Assembly: GCA_964035545.1 (NCBI GenBank)
Contig: OZ037766.1
Coordinates: forward strand, 19,642,767-19,706,766
Length of the DNA stretch: 64,000 nucleotides
Direction of reading: 5' to 3'
Source of the DNA: Bugula neritina
Lineage: Eukaryota > Animalia > Bryozoa
The notes beneath the pieces are model-generated. The model had not been told where the DNA came from. It did no database searches and was given only the letters and a program-made list of their open reading frames with translations. The position numbers and the translations under genes were made by a program. Shown piece after piece: positions 28,201 to 40,124 of the stretch. Position 1 is the first letter of the stretch. Each line of letters begins with the position of its first letter.

Positions 28201-29163
28201 TGGAGCCATTTATAGGAATGTTTACATACCAAGGTTTGCCATTTTCACATATGTTGGTAACTGCATTCAGATAGAAAACATCAGTTGACGGCCCATCTCC
28301 GGAGTTGACTAGTTCTGATGCGTTTTTTTGTTGTGCCATCTTACGGGTCTTGCAGACTTTTGAGAAGTGATTCTGCTTTCACAATAGTGGCACTGTTTGC
28401 CATATGCAGGGCACTGTTTACGTTTATGACTGGAATCACAGTTATTGCAGTTGACTACATGGTGATGGTTAGGTGTTTGTGTATTATTACTACTAGAACT
28501 AGTGTTATGCTGGTAATTGCTCTGGCTTCTTACTTCTCGAGTGTGTGAGTGTCTGTGCTGTCTGCTGTGATGTGATGGTGTGGTAGTACTAGTTAGGTTA
28601 CGGCATTGTCGAAATGGTATTGCATCGACCTGCACTTGCTTGGCAATCTCTTGCTTTATCTCCTCATGTTGTCGTGATATTGATATTGCTTTAGTTAGGT
28701 CTAAATCATCTTGTAATTGCAGCTTGGTTGATAGCTCTTTATCGGTCGAACCAACTACTAGCCTATCCCTTATGGTATTATCTTTCTCTGCACCAAATTC
28801 ACAGTGTTCACTTAATCTGTAGAGTTCTCTAATGAAAGTTTTAATAGACTCTTCAGGTTTTTGTGTTCTTGCATGGAACATGCTACGTAAATGAATGACA
28901 TTTTTCTTTGGTGTAAAGTATGCTAAAAACTTGTTACTCACAATGTCAAACTTAGCTTTCTGATCTTCCTGCTCGAATGTAAATGTCTCATACAGCTGCT
29001 CAGCTTCCCCTCCCATGGTATACAGAAAGGTAGCCAGCTGCACTTCACCACTTTTGTGTGTCAGGCCACTAGCCATTCTATACAGTTTGAACCGTTTTAG
29101 CCATTCAGAGAACTGCGATGGCGTTAAAAAGTCAAATTTTGCTGGAGGTCGTAGTTGAGACAT
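25290..29163 (-). pseudogene. Disrupted gag-pol polyprotein (gag with two zinc knuckles, protease DTGA, RT YQDD, RNase H, integrase)
   Basis: ORF fragments 28309-29199 (gag; ATG at 29163), 27758-28339 (FKVDTGA), 27175-27750 (LDARSGYHQI, VVYQDDILVYG), 26222-26941 (YSNIEKELLA, TDHSPL, HQGHWG), 25793-26077 (SDNGPPF, YPQSNGATER). Separated by frameshifts and premature stops; the 3' end is approximate. Confidence 0.9.
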
Positions 29164-29249
29164 GTTTGAATTCGATAATGATAGTGAATGGGCTGTCACA
29201 AAGTCACAATATGTGGATTAAAACTTTAAGTTAATTTGTTAATAGAAAA

Positions 29250-29263
29250 CACTGCTGCCACCA
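29250..29263 (-). promoter_or_regulatory. Primer-binding site, probably tRNA-Leu
   Basis: TGGTGGCAGCAGTG directly after the 5' LTR. Near-complementary to the 3' end of metazoan tRNA-Leu(AAG/TAG) (...CACCGCTGCCA-CCA, recalled). Confidence 0.75.
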
Positions 29264-29375
29264 TGTCGGATTGTTGAACAGGAAGTGAAGTTCTATTTGG
29301 TTTGCTTAAAAACTCATATGTTAACATAACTCCAAAGTATGATTATAATAGTAATAGTAGTAAAGTAATACAACA
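29264..29375 (-). repeat. 5' LTR (112 bp)
   Basis: TGTCGGATTGTTGAACAGGAAGTG...TAATACAACA on the + strand. Followed on the - strand by the PBS. Confidence 0.92.
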
Positions 29376-30291
29376 ACTGTGAGTATTTAAGTGAGATGAC
29401 TATCACCAAGTGTGACTATTGCACGAAAGGCAAGTGCAACTTTTAACTTTTAATCTGCCTAAGAGTGTAGCCCACATATGAATGTACCCTATAAGAAATA
29501 CTATTCATTTAGGTGCAATGATTAAGAAAATCAATGCTTAAACATTTTTAGTCTTGTATGTATGTTTACCATTTGCAAAGTGATTATTCTGAATATTTTT
29601 AAGCATTGTAAACTTAGTTTTTATTTGTATTGAATTCTACACACTGAAGTTAAGTAGTATGACAACAATTGGATTAGTCTAACACAGATGTGATAACTGT
29701 GGCAAATACTCAAGTCTTCTTTAATCACTTGGCTTCAGTCATGACACTACGGTGGCAAATTTCAGCTTATATACAATTAAGTTTACTTCTATACAATTAA
29801 ATCACTTTTAGGTCGTGCCTGCAAATTACTGTGTTTGTTTGGTGCAATCTAAGCTAAAAGTTGTAGTCTAAAATAATGGTACATTCAAATGAAATATCAC
29901 TAGTATTAGTACAAAATATGCTAGTACTGAATATCACTATAAGCATAATTTGTTACTAAAATTGTAATTATGAGCATGCAGTCACAGTAGCCAGTATGTT
30001 AAATAAAGTGTGTAAGTTTAAATAAGCTTGATAATCAAATTTGTGCTATGGGTTCAAAATAGTTATTTGCAACAGAGTGGGATAGATTGATATCGCCACA
30101 TAATCATTACTGATAGTGTATTCTTATATGACAAGCATATCAAGTTTTTGATTTCAACAAAATATTTAAACCTTTGAAAGATTCTATCTGATTTTTTAAA
30201 CCAATCCTCAGTAAAGTGGAATTTTTAAATTGTGTTTAACATGCTTAATAATATTATAGTGGCATTTACAATCTAGAAAAAATTAAGGTAT

Positions 30292-30789
30292 TGTGGTAGA
30301 TTTTGAGATTTATCATCGTATTATTATGATAATCTATTTGCATAATTTTCTTTGTTCAGTTTTTCTTTGTTCAGTTTTGTAAGTTTGATTTTGATCAAAT
30401 TCGGACACCCCAAAATTCGTGATGCCCGATTCAGAAGAATTCGAACGTCCAAACTGGGTTCAGAGCTCAGGTATCTACTTCCGTCTGATTCGGACTTCGA
30501 CTCGGAACCAGATTTCCGATTCGATTATTTTGAACGCTCGAATGCCATCCGAACCCTTTGATTCAGAGATCCCGAATATATAAGCACAAGCTTTTCAGTA
30601 TAAATTCTGTCTACTGCTGGAGCTTGGCGGCTATGCTATACTATCTTTGCCTACCAAGATTGATTGTATAAGACCACACCTGGGTCTCTTTTGCTGCAGG
30701 TGTATAAATAAAGATATTTTCAACCGGAAAGCTGTCTTCTCTCTAAATACAAAGCTTAAGTTCTATTGACAACCCACAAGATTATCACA
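30292..30789 (+). mobile_element. Probable solo LTR (~498 bp) unrelated to the neighbouring gypsy LTRs
   Basis: Starts TGTGGTA and ends TATCACA (imperfect inverted TG..CA ends); flanks GTAT/ATAT (4-bp TSD, one mismatch). CpG-rich U3-like core, TATATAAG at 30577-30584, AATAAA at 30707-30712. Confidence 0.65.
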
Positions 30790-30891
30790 ATATTATGAAT
30801 TTTTATCAAAGCCTTTGCTAATTTATTTCTGTATCTTTTTAGGTTCCAGTAACACTCTTTCAAATTGGTTTCTCTATCACTCTGCACTGTT

Positions 30892-33800
30892 ATGGATCTT
30901 TTAAATCAGCCATTAGATGAAGCGGTACTTGAAGATATATACTCCTGGATAGATCAAATTCCACTTTCACGAGCTAAAAAAAATTTTGCTCGAGACTTTT
31001 CGGATGGAGGTAGATAATAATCATGTATAAGAAAAATTGATGGCTAATACAGATCGAGTGCATAAAACTTGCTAGTTAAATATGAAATGACAGAATTTAA
31101 TGCTAATACTAAATTCTGCTGCTCATGTTTTTTTCAGTTTTAAAATTTGCAAAAATATATAGAAATTGAAGCAAAAAATGATGGTTAAAAAGTGGCATGG
31201 TTTTATTTGTTCAAGTTCTGTCAGTTTTAGGCTATAGACACAAATATTAAGAGCTATAATTGTATAACATAGGCGGAAGACAAGGGAATTTTGTGTGCAA
31301 TGAAGTGACCCATTCGTACAAATAGTTTATAAATATGATATTCTAAAACTGTCTCAAAAAGGTCAACTCAAAGGGGTATTTAAACTAGATAGCTTTTTCA
31401 ACTCTTTTCTCTTTTGATTAAACGTGAGGTTATTATTTGGTCAAATTTGTTTCAAGGCCTATAATGACATTAACTTAATTTGTTCTGGCAACTGAATTCA
31501 TGGGTATATTTAACTATCTACTTACTTCAAAGTGAATACAATTTAATGGTGCGTGCTTTCTTGTCTGTGTTGCTAAGGTTCGTAAAGCAACTTCTTTTAA
31601 TCCACAATGAGCAAACACAAACAGTTGACATTAAGTCAACATTCAGAGCCTATCAAAGACACTGCCTACATGGTAGAATGTATGGAAATGCAGTCCAGTG
31701 TTTGAGGGCTACAAAATTTCTGGTTCTGGTACATGTATTCCGGGTTCACATGTTTCGTTAAGTTGACTTGAGCTTATTTAGAATGAACCAACGATTAGAA
31801 TATGCTATGCGGCTAGTGTAAATAATAATAACTTGATGGTGTGCCCATAGTAATATAAATTTACTATCTCTAGGATTTAGTGTAGGGCCACAGCCCACAT
31901 GGTACGTATTTTTGCAGGCAAACATTTGCACTACAAGTAGAAAAAGATGTCCACTGTACAACGTTCCGCCAGTGAAAGCGAAAAACTATTAGCTAATAAT
32001 ATTTGCATTTAACTTTACTGCTCGTCTTGTTTCTATGGCTACATGTTCGGGATAAATTAAATTTTTATTTTCAATTCTCACTCGCTTTTAATAAAACGCA
32101 ATTTAGTGGAATGTAGCACTAAACTAAGAAAAAGGGGCTCGCTAAATAACTACCAGCCAATTAGGTAACGACGACAGAAAATATTCGCACTTGTCGTTCA
32201 GTATTCTCAATGTGTGTAAATTTGTGTATAGTGGACATCTTTTTCTACTTGTGGCACGAATTTTTGTCTGTGAAAATACACACCGTGTGGCCCTACGCTT
32301 ACTGTATTCTTGGTGTTAATTCAAGCACTGTTTTTAATGTTTTAGGTATGGCTGCAGAAGTCATAGCTCATTATTTTCCGAGATTAGTTGAGCTGCATAA
32401 TTATCCTTCAACTACTTCTACCAAGACAAAAGTAGAGAGTTGGAAAACTTTAAACAGGTAGTATGTATTAGAAAAGACAACTCTAATAATTACAATCCTA
32501 TTTTCTATACCAATTGTATGTATGTGTACATAATTAGCACTTTGCAGGTCCAAAATGCCTATTACTTTAGTCAAATCTTGTTGTTTAGCATTGAGTTTGT
32601 TTTTAAATTTGTTACTAACCTCATTGGATAATGCTATTATTTCTTTCTACTGTTTCGTACTGTTTTAGGAGTCTATTCATTAGATTTTGTTATTCAAAAT
32701 GCCGGCTTTGTGTCCATTTTCTTGTTAATTAGGTAACTATTTTTTACAGAAAAGTGTTGAAGAATTTGAATTTTCAACTATCAGATGAAGCAATAAGAGA
32801 CATTGTGAACTGCAAGCCGTTTGTTGTGGAACGAATGCTGTTGGAACTTAGGCAAAGTATAGACTTGATACTCTGGGAGAAAAAGAAGCAAAATACACAG
32901 AAAGATGTGCCAGAGTCTGACCAGTATATTCGTATGTTTAGTTTTTAAAGCATTTCATATCTCTTCAACGTGGCTTACATCTTCTTAGTTGACAAAACCT
33001 GTTAACTTGCTAATCTTTAAGCTTGTTTTATGTTGTATATTCAGCTGTAATGTCATTGCCATTTGGAGTTTTGCTATATTGCATTATTTCAGTTAATTTC
33101 AGATTCAATTCTTACCAAAGCATTTTACAGAGGTTTTTCTTTTAGCAAGTCCTCGAACAAATGTAAAGATACAAAAGTTCCCACCAAAACAATCCAAGAC
33201 TAAGGTGGAAGACACAGGCACACAAAATGTTTCTTCAGGTGCTGCTGCAGTACAGAAATCGTAAGAAATGATTTCATTTTCTAATTTTCTATATTTTTTT
33301 TCTTGAAAATTTATAACGAATCACCATTCATCTATTTTATACTCCACTTGCTACAGAGCTGTTGAAAAATGATTTCTTACATTACGAAATATATGCGTCT
33401 GGTGTAACTCAAAACAGTGTAAGCTCTTTACAACCAGCTTCTTGTTCAGAGGCTATAAGTAACTTCTAAATAGGGCGACAATAAAAGTTTTACTTTAAAT
33501 CTATACACTGAAAGCTCCTAATGTCATAGGCAGCCTTTGTACCGCTTTTTAAAACTCAGTTTAGCTGCAATAATGAATTTTAGTTGAAACCATGCTTAAA
33601 TATCCTAGGATAAAACTCCTTTAACCTTGTTATAGATTAACTATTTGTATAATTATTTGCTATGATACCTTTTTACCTACAAAATAATATCGTTACAATA
33701 TTATTAGACTGCTACTGGCTTTAAATATTTTTGCAAAGTTACTGAAAACATATTTTCCTTTACAACCTTTGTGCAAAATAACATAATGATGAAGGTTTAA

Positions 33801-36800
33801 CTCTTTTTGTAAAGTTTTGATATATACCTGGTTTAATTACTTTATAAATTGTATGCAGTCTTGTTGCAAAAAAAGCAATATCTACTGTAGAAGTAAAGGA
33901 AGATTAGTGTTTAGTGTTTGACATTTCTAGTGGTATTTTAGTGATTGCATAAATTTTTTTGACATGTTTTTGGATGACTATAAAGTATATAGTGTGTTCA
34001 TGTTTGCGATATAGTACATGTCATGATCCTATCTTGTCTTTTACTACCTTGCAGTATGAAGCCTGTAGTAAGTACCACTGGTTCTAGTGTGGTACCAAAG
34101 TGGCAGTATGAAAATAAAGAGCAAGAGTGTAATGACAAGGATCAGACTATCATGGTATGTATAAATCACATCTTACCAGTTACTCTAAATATCTGTAGAC
34201 TTTAAAATAGGCATTGTCTAAATTTTACACCGAAAACTGGGCAGACAACTCCATTGGTTTGTTGGTCATTTATTGCAGCATCCGAGTACTCAAATAATTG
34301 ATTAATCAATCTCTATGCTTAAGTGTTATGAAGAATTAAAAGGCCTAGATCAGTGTGTCCAACCTTTTCAGAGCGAAGGCCACTGAAATGGAATATTTCA
34401 TGGCAAGGTCGACATTGTAAAATTTAGTTAGTGCTGGGGGCCACAGCATCAGGAATTTTCAAATAACTTCATTCCAAATTCCTATAAATCATTACATAAT
34501 GAAATCCCAATAGTACTGCAGGCTGCATGTTTTAGCATATATAAGAATAAGACATTTAAAAGGTGGTTTTTTACACTCTAAAACCATATGCATGTGCAAA
34601 GTCATTTTATCTGTTATGCCTTCGAGGTCCACGTAATTGTAGGTTGGGGGCCACAGGTGGCTCTAGGGCCGCCCGCTGAACAGCTCTGGCTTAGCTTTTC
34701 TAATTCATCATACAATTTTTATTATTCTGAAAATAGTTTAAATATGCTTTACACTTTAGGTTGCTAAAAATAATTATTTTGGCTAAATTTGGTCACATTT
34801 GATGTTGACTATTTTGAAGTAATATTTTTGTGATTGCAAGCTTTCAAAAGTTAGTAAATGTTGAAACAAAATACTTCAAAAATTATATTTTTATAATGCT
34901 AAAAAACAACTAAAAGTTGAGCCTAAAACTGACAATACTTGTAGTTGAAGTGCCTTTTATTGCAAATTCCAACTAAGTAAAACAAGGTGCAAGTAGATGA
35001 AAGTTGGCTTGATTCTGGACAGAGTAGACAACTTGTACGATTTTATTTTATATGCAAGTACTTGACAACAGATGGTCCGTTAACACTGGTATATACTTTG
35101 CTCTGTTCTCTGTTGTGTTGCAGTTACTCAGCTGTTAAGTGCTCATTTTATTAGCCTGGTTTGGGACTTCTGAACTAATGCATGCAGCACCAAGTTGGCT
35201 AACTTACTTCAGAATGACTAAAAAATTGTGGAGGAATTATTTTTGTAAAATTTTACCCAAATAGCAACTCTTTAAAACAGCTGGTTTTGAATAGTAAAAA
35301 GTATGATGTGTTCAAATATCCAAAACCTATAGTTGGGTCAAGCTGCTAAAACAAAATCTAAAATGGTTTACTTTAAAAATTATAAAACCTACTTTGTATG
35401 CTCATCCTGCTAGTTCAGCGTTCAATATATTTGCCCTGTTTGGGTAAAGTTTTCTAGTTCCATGAAACTTCTTCATTTGATTTTGGCTTTCGAATTTTGT
35501 TTGTTTAGATAAGATTAGCCATTCAAGGGGAGGGGTTTTATTGCTTTCAACTACTTTTGGGTAGTCTCTAGGTCTACAATCTGCCGCTCCTATCGCAATG
35601 ACACTGGTAGTTTCATGATCAGCTGACATTCCCCTGATCACGTTTAGTTTTTCAAATCATCAGGTCATTTATTGACCTAAAAGTTGTTTTGCTGTTAGGT
35701 TTTTTATTCCTCTTGTCTCATTCTATTTAATCATGCAAAGTTTAAATAATGGTGCAGGTTTCTTTTATGTATTGCTACATAGTAATGTTTGGTTGCAGAT
35801 TTTATCAGTGAAAATTTTCAGCTTTGATGGTGGCTTTTCATTGCAGAAAGCACATGTCAGTTCTTGCCACACCCATTATTAACATTTGGTCAACATTCTC
35901 TATTCCCCATCACTGTATTTCTTCATTGAGGCTTTTTCAAGTTTTCAGCAGTTTATACAAGTATCAGATTTTCTGGTACTAATTAACTTAAGTAGCTACC
36001 TGTCTTCTCCAGATCTATAGCCTTCTACCTAGCTCCTTTTTTTAACATCAAAGTGAGAAAATCATTAGTAAATAGCATTGTTCAATGTATATCGTTATTG
36101 ATATCTGTAATGGCATGATTTTGATGAATCACAGAGCCTTATTGCAGGCCCCTGATTTGGGTCAGCTTCAATGTGAATTTCAGCGGTTAGAACGAAGCTT
36201 GAATTTTCTTCTACCTAGCATCTTATGCATGTCTTTGGTGTTGATTTAATGCTTAAAACTTAATCCCTTTCTCAAACAAAACCAGTCAGCACACACAGGT
36301 TGATCTGTAAGTTTGTTCACGGTTGATAAAAACATATTTGAATTTCTGTTATGTTTTTTAAATATCCATAGAGTATTATGAAGAAACAGAAGGTAGGTTC
36401 TGAAGTTGATGTGTGTCATCTTAAAGGAAACCATAATTTGATTCAGCTAGATAAAAACAATCTTTCTAATTCTGCCTTCTGACTTAACAGAGTTTGTGTA
36501 GCAGCTTCTTCTAACGGTGAAGTAGGGATTCTTCTCTGTTATTCTTGTTGCTCAGCAGGTCTTCTAACTCGTATTTTGTGCCCTTCTCATCTCACCCTCT
36601 CTCTTCATGTTACTGTGCATGGCAAATGGTATTGTTGATGTCTTGTAAAATTTGGTGTCTCTTTTTAGCTTATTGGCAGTAGATGGTATTTAGAGCTAGC
36701 TTCTGGTATAGTTTTCAGATACTTTTTTCCCTATTGCCACCTTTTCTTTATCTCTTAGCCTTTGTGAAGCACATAAAAATGAAGTCATAAATTGAAAATC

Positions 36801-37398
36801 AATAACTTTATTGCATTTTGTGATCAGTTACATTTTATTGGGCTCATATTTTATAAAAATCAATGAACAAATTTCAACCTTGCATGGTTTATCAAAATTA
36901 GGTTTGTCTGGTAAAAATGGCGCCGGTGAAAATAGCATGGTAAAAATGGCACAGGTAGAATTTGCAAGATAAAAGTGTCACAGGTACTAATGGCACAAAT
37001 GGCTAAGTAGGTAGAAATGGCAAATTTTCAATATTAAGGTTTGGGTGAGTGGGTTGAGAGCTTGGAATGGAGGTTTAGGTTTGGGGTTGGAGTTTAAGGG
37101 TCTGGGTTTGGGAAAATTTAAGAATATTGTACCATTTTTACCTGTGCCATTATTACCTGTGCCATTTTCATCTAAAATTGAATTAGGCATTTAACTTACC
37201 TGAGCCAAAATCTACATACTTTGTAAATTAATTTATTGTAAGTAATTTTTTTTTTTACAGTTTTTACAGACTAAAGTATACAAACTAGAACAGCTGCTAC
37301 AATTAAAAGATGTCAGAATTGATGAACTGACGCAGGAAAACATGCAGTTGAAGAAACAAAACAAGCTGAAGGTGAAGTCTAAGCCCAGAGGTTTCTGA
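30892..37398 (+). CDS. SPEF1: Sperm flagellar protein 1 (CLAMP)-like; N-terminal CH-like domain plus C-terminal coiled coil; 6 exons, 254 aa
   Basis: Exons 30892-31009, 32346-32457, 32750-32931, 33146-33260, 34055-34154, 37261-37398 (765 nt, phase-consistent). Motifs DIYSWIDQIPLSRAKKNFARDFSDG, AEVIAHYFPRLVELHNY, WKTLNRKVL, and C-terminal QTKVYKLEQLLQLKDVRIDEL. Confidence 0.92.
31885..32293. mobile_element. Diverged MITE of the same family as 21324-21656, opposite orientation, in SPEF1 intron 1
   Basis: TA|GGGCCACA...GTGTGGCCC|TA ends; long TIRs (CAAGTAGAAAAAGATGTCCACT / AGTGGACATCTTTTTCTACTTG). Internal TACCAGCCAATTAGGTAACGACGACAGA is the near reverse complement of 21449-21476. Confidence 0.85.
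34351..34688. mobile_element. hAT (Charlie-like) non-autonomous element in SPEF1 intron 5
   Basis: CAGTGTGTCCAACCTTTT start and TGAACAGCTCTG end; repeated GGGCCAC/GGGCCGC subterminal motifs; degenerate 8-bp TSD GCCTAGAT/GCTTAGCT. Confidence 0.65.
36910..37172. mobile_element. Small foldback-like element with tandem GGTAAAAATGGCACA subrepeats
   Basis: Tandem GGTAAAAATGGCAC(A) units at 36910-37025, inverted TGTGCCATTTTTACC-like units at 37128-37172, and a G/T-rich GGGTTT/GGTTTA spacer. Confidence 0.7.
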
Positions 37399-38703
37399 TG
37401 GAGTAACTTTGAACTCAACAGAATAAGGAGTTGATGGAATACTTCCTAGCAATGTCTTCCATCAGTTATTGCATAATTTTTGATAACATTATTTCTGTAT
37501 TTATTGAATTTCCAAGAGAGAAAATTGTAAGCATCATTTTATTTTAAATGATACATTGTGTAGTGGTTGGAACTTATCCTAAAGTGATGTGTTTCAGCGT
37601 TACAAATTAATTTATTTTCAGTCCCAGTATTTATGCAAAATCGTTTACTGCCTTCCAGTGTATTTTTAGTTACTTTGCTATATATTGCTTTATATTATAT
37701 TGTATATTTCAAGTTTGTTGCTTGATATTAAAAGTTCTTAAGGGAAAATTTCTCGTTTTTATCAGATTCTCTACTTGCCTAAATCACAGTAAGTCATGCA
37801 CTTACAGTCTCCGAAATGTTGACAATGTACCAGATTCTACTGGTGGGCTTTCAATGGAAAACCAGCTCCTTCTCTAGAGATATAAGAGAAGCTGGGTTTG
37901 ACTAGATATCAGGTTTAGGCTCCAAGTGAGCTCGTAAAACTCAACCTTAACAAACAAACATATACTACTTGCTCATGAGTGGCTGATTCAGATGCTATGA
38001 CTTCTACTAATTGCAAAATTAATAAAATAATTTGTGTTTTGTAATGCAAGCCCTAAGATTGCTGTTTAGAAATATTCTGTTAGTAACTTTATTGTAGACA
38101 AATTTGCATACATGCATGTTAATTTTCACAAAGCATTTATACTACATTTGTTGAGAAAGCATGATTCCTGATATGAGGTTTTCACATTGATAATATTCAT
38201 TAAGATTTGAGAGCTGTTATATTTTTAAAATTACACTTAGGGTATTACTTGACCATGTGCCATATAGCTTTTGTGTGATTTATCAGACCCATGACCAGCT
38301 CCTTCATAGAGAAGCTCATCTAGTTTAGTAGAAAACAAAGCAAGTATTATCAGAAATTAAAAGATTAATAATCAACAGATAATGAAATCTATCAACATCT
38401 AAACCATTATAAACAATGATTCAGGGGCTGATAAAATGCCAATCAATCAAACTATACACATTCTGTAAAAACAATTTTTGTGTAGTTATCTTGACATTCT
38501 GGCTATGTACAGCAAATAATATTACACTGCTATCTGCAGTATAGATGTTAATCATATTAATATGGAAAACAAATTATAGCAAAATAATAGTGTTATTGAG
38601 TCATGAATTGGTTTGCATATACACAGTTTCTCACTACTTGGACATCACTGTAGTTCACAGCATTACCTACTCCAGCTCACTCTTGTTACTATAATACCAA
38701 GAC

Positions 38704-40124
38704 ATGAGACAGACCTGCTGCAGTCAGTTATTCCTACTCAGCGTAGTGGTGACTATGCTTGTCTCCAATAAATATGTGGGAGCAGCTCCTTCACTAACCA
38801 GTGCTCCACAAAACGGTGAGTACACAAAGAGAACTAGGTCTATTAATAATATTCTGCTATTATACTAGTAGTGAAGGGAGGCACATGTTTAGAAATGAAT
38901 GTATGTGTTAGAGTTGAAACCTAATTTCGCACACTAGCCATAAAACAAACCCTGTAATTTTCATATTTTAATCGGATATTAGTTATTTAGTAACATTTAC
39001 GTATGCAGTAGCTGATTGATCATCAATACCCCACACACTATTGAGCATGCAGTTACTATAGTTACAATTTATAAAGCACTGAGATATGGGTTTTTGCTTG
39101 GCTTGGGTTTATAATTTTTAGTTTGAATTATGTGATCCATGATTACTTTATTTTGTAGCATATGACAAAATTTTTCAACAAAAAGTAAAACTAAAAATAC
39201 TGCAATTTACTGCGATATCACAACACACATAAGGGTACTATTAGTCAACTAGAGAGTAAATTGTAAAAGCATGTGTTTTGTTTTCTCCGTAAATCCAGTT
39301 GAGAGTTGTGTGTTATCAATGTGTGTATTTTGCTTGAATTGTGATGTAATAACATACTGTTCTGATAACACAATGTTAAAAAGAAGTTGTTGTAGTCATA
39401 CATGAACTGAGGACTGAGTAAGAACAATAGCTACGCTAATGGAAACACATCACTGGTTATTCACTATATACATGATTTATAATCCGCTAGCTAACTGGGG
39501 GCAAAGTTTTGTTACTATAAATTATAACATTCTCTGGCCCAGGCCTTTGGTGTCTATATGACAACAGAGTTTATTATGAAGTTACCTCCCCAAAAAGTTA
39601 CAATTTTTTTCAGTTGCTGATGTTTCTTAACAATTATAATTTGAAATTAATTTAGTGTTGTATGTGTGCATATATGTAGCCTATAGTTTTCATTAAATGG
39701 TCAATAGCATACTATTAATGTATAATTAACCAGCAATAGTTAAAAATTGCTATCAGTGTCTGAACTTTGTTTTCTTTCAGTCTAGTAACTGTTGATGGCA
39801 GTTTCATTTCCTAATTTCAAACGCATTTTACATAATTTATATATTACTTATACCTGTTATTCATTTGTTTGAGTTACAGAAGTGACCCCACAGCAGCAGC
39901 GAGTCTGGTCCAATGGATGTGGATACTGTCACCCAACACCAAACAGTATTATGTCACAGTCTCCAGATTCAAATTGTACCAAATACATTTGGATAACAGC
40001 AACCGATAGAGTCTACACCATGCCCTGTGGTCCAGGAACAAAGTTTGACTTTGTTACTTGCACCTGCAACCATGCTTATGCTGTGGATTGTAAATGCAAC
40101 TCCAATTTCATTCCTACTAAATAA
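38704..40124 (+). CDS. Small secreted chitin-binding type-2 (CBM14/peritrophin-A-like) protein, 118 aa
   Basis: Exon 1 38704-38815 (signal-peptide-like MRQTCCSQLFLLSVVVTMLVSNKYVGA, donor G|GTGAGT), phase-1 intron, exon 2 39880-40124 containing PDSNCTKY...YTMPCGPGTKFDFVTCTCNHAYAVDC. Confidence 0.8.

Larger units (their letters stand above)
25017..29375 (-). mobile_element. Full-length decayed Ty3/gypsy LTR retrotransposon, Mag-like
   Basis: TG...CA LTRs at 29264-29375 (5') and 25017-25110 (3'); 5-bp TSD ACTGT at 25012-25016 and 29376-29380; PBS and PPT present; domain order gag-PR-RT-RH-IN. Confidence 0.95.

Noticed and set aside
28309-28390. Programmed gag-pol frameshift
   Set aside because: The shift falls inside a zinc knuckle, which a single added nucleotide repairs; a mutation is more likely.
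26034-28822. Several plus-strand ORFs within the gypsy element
   Set aside because: Antisense shadows of gag-pol.
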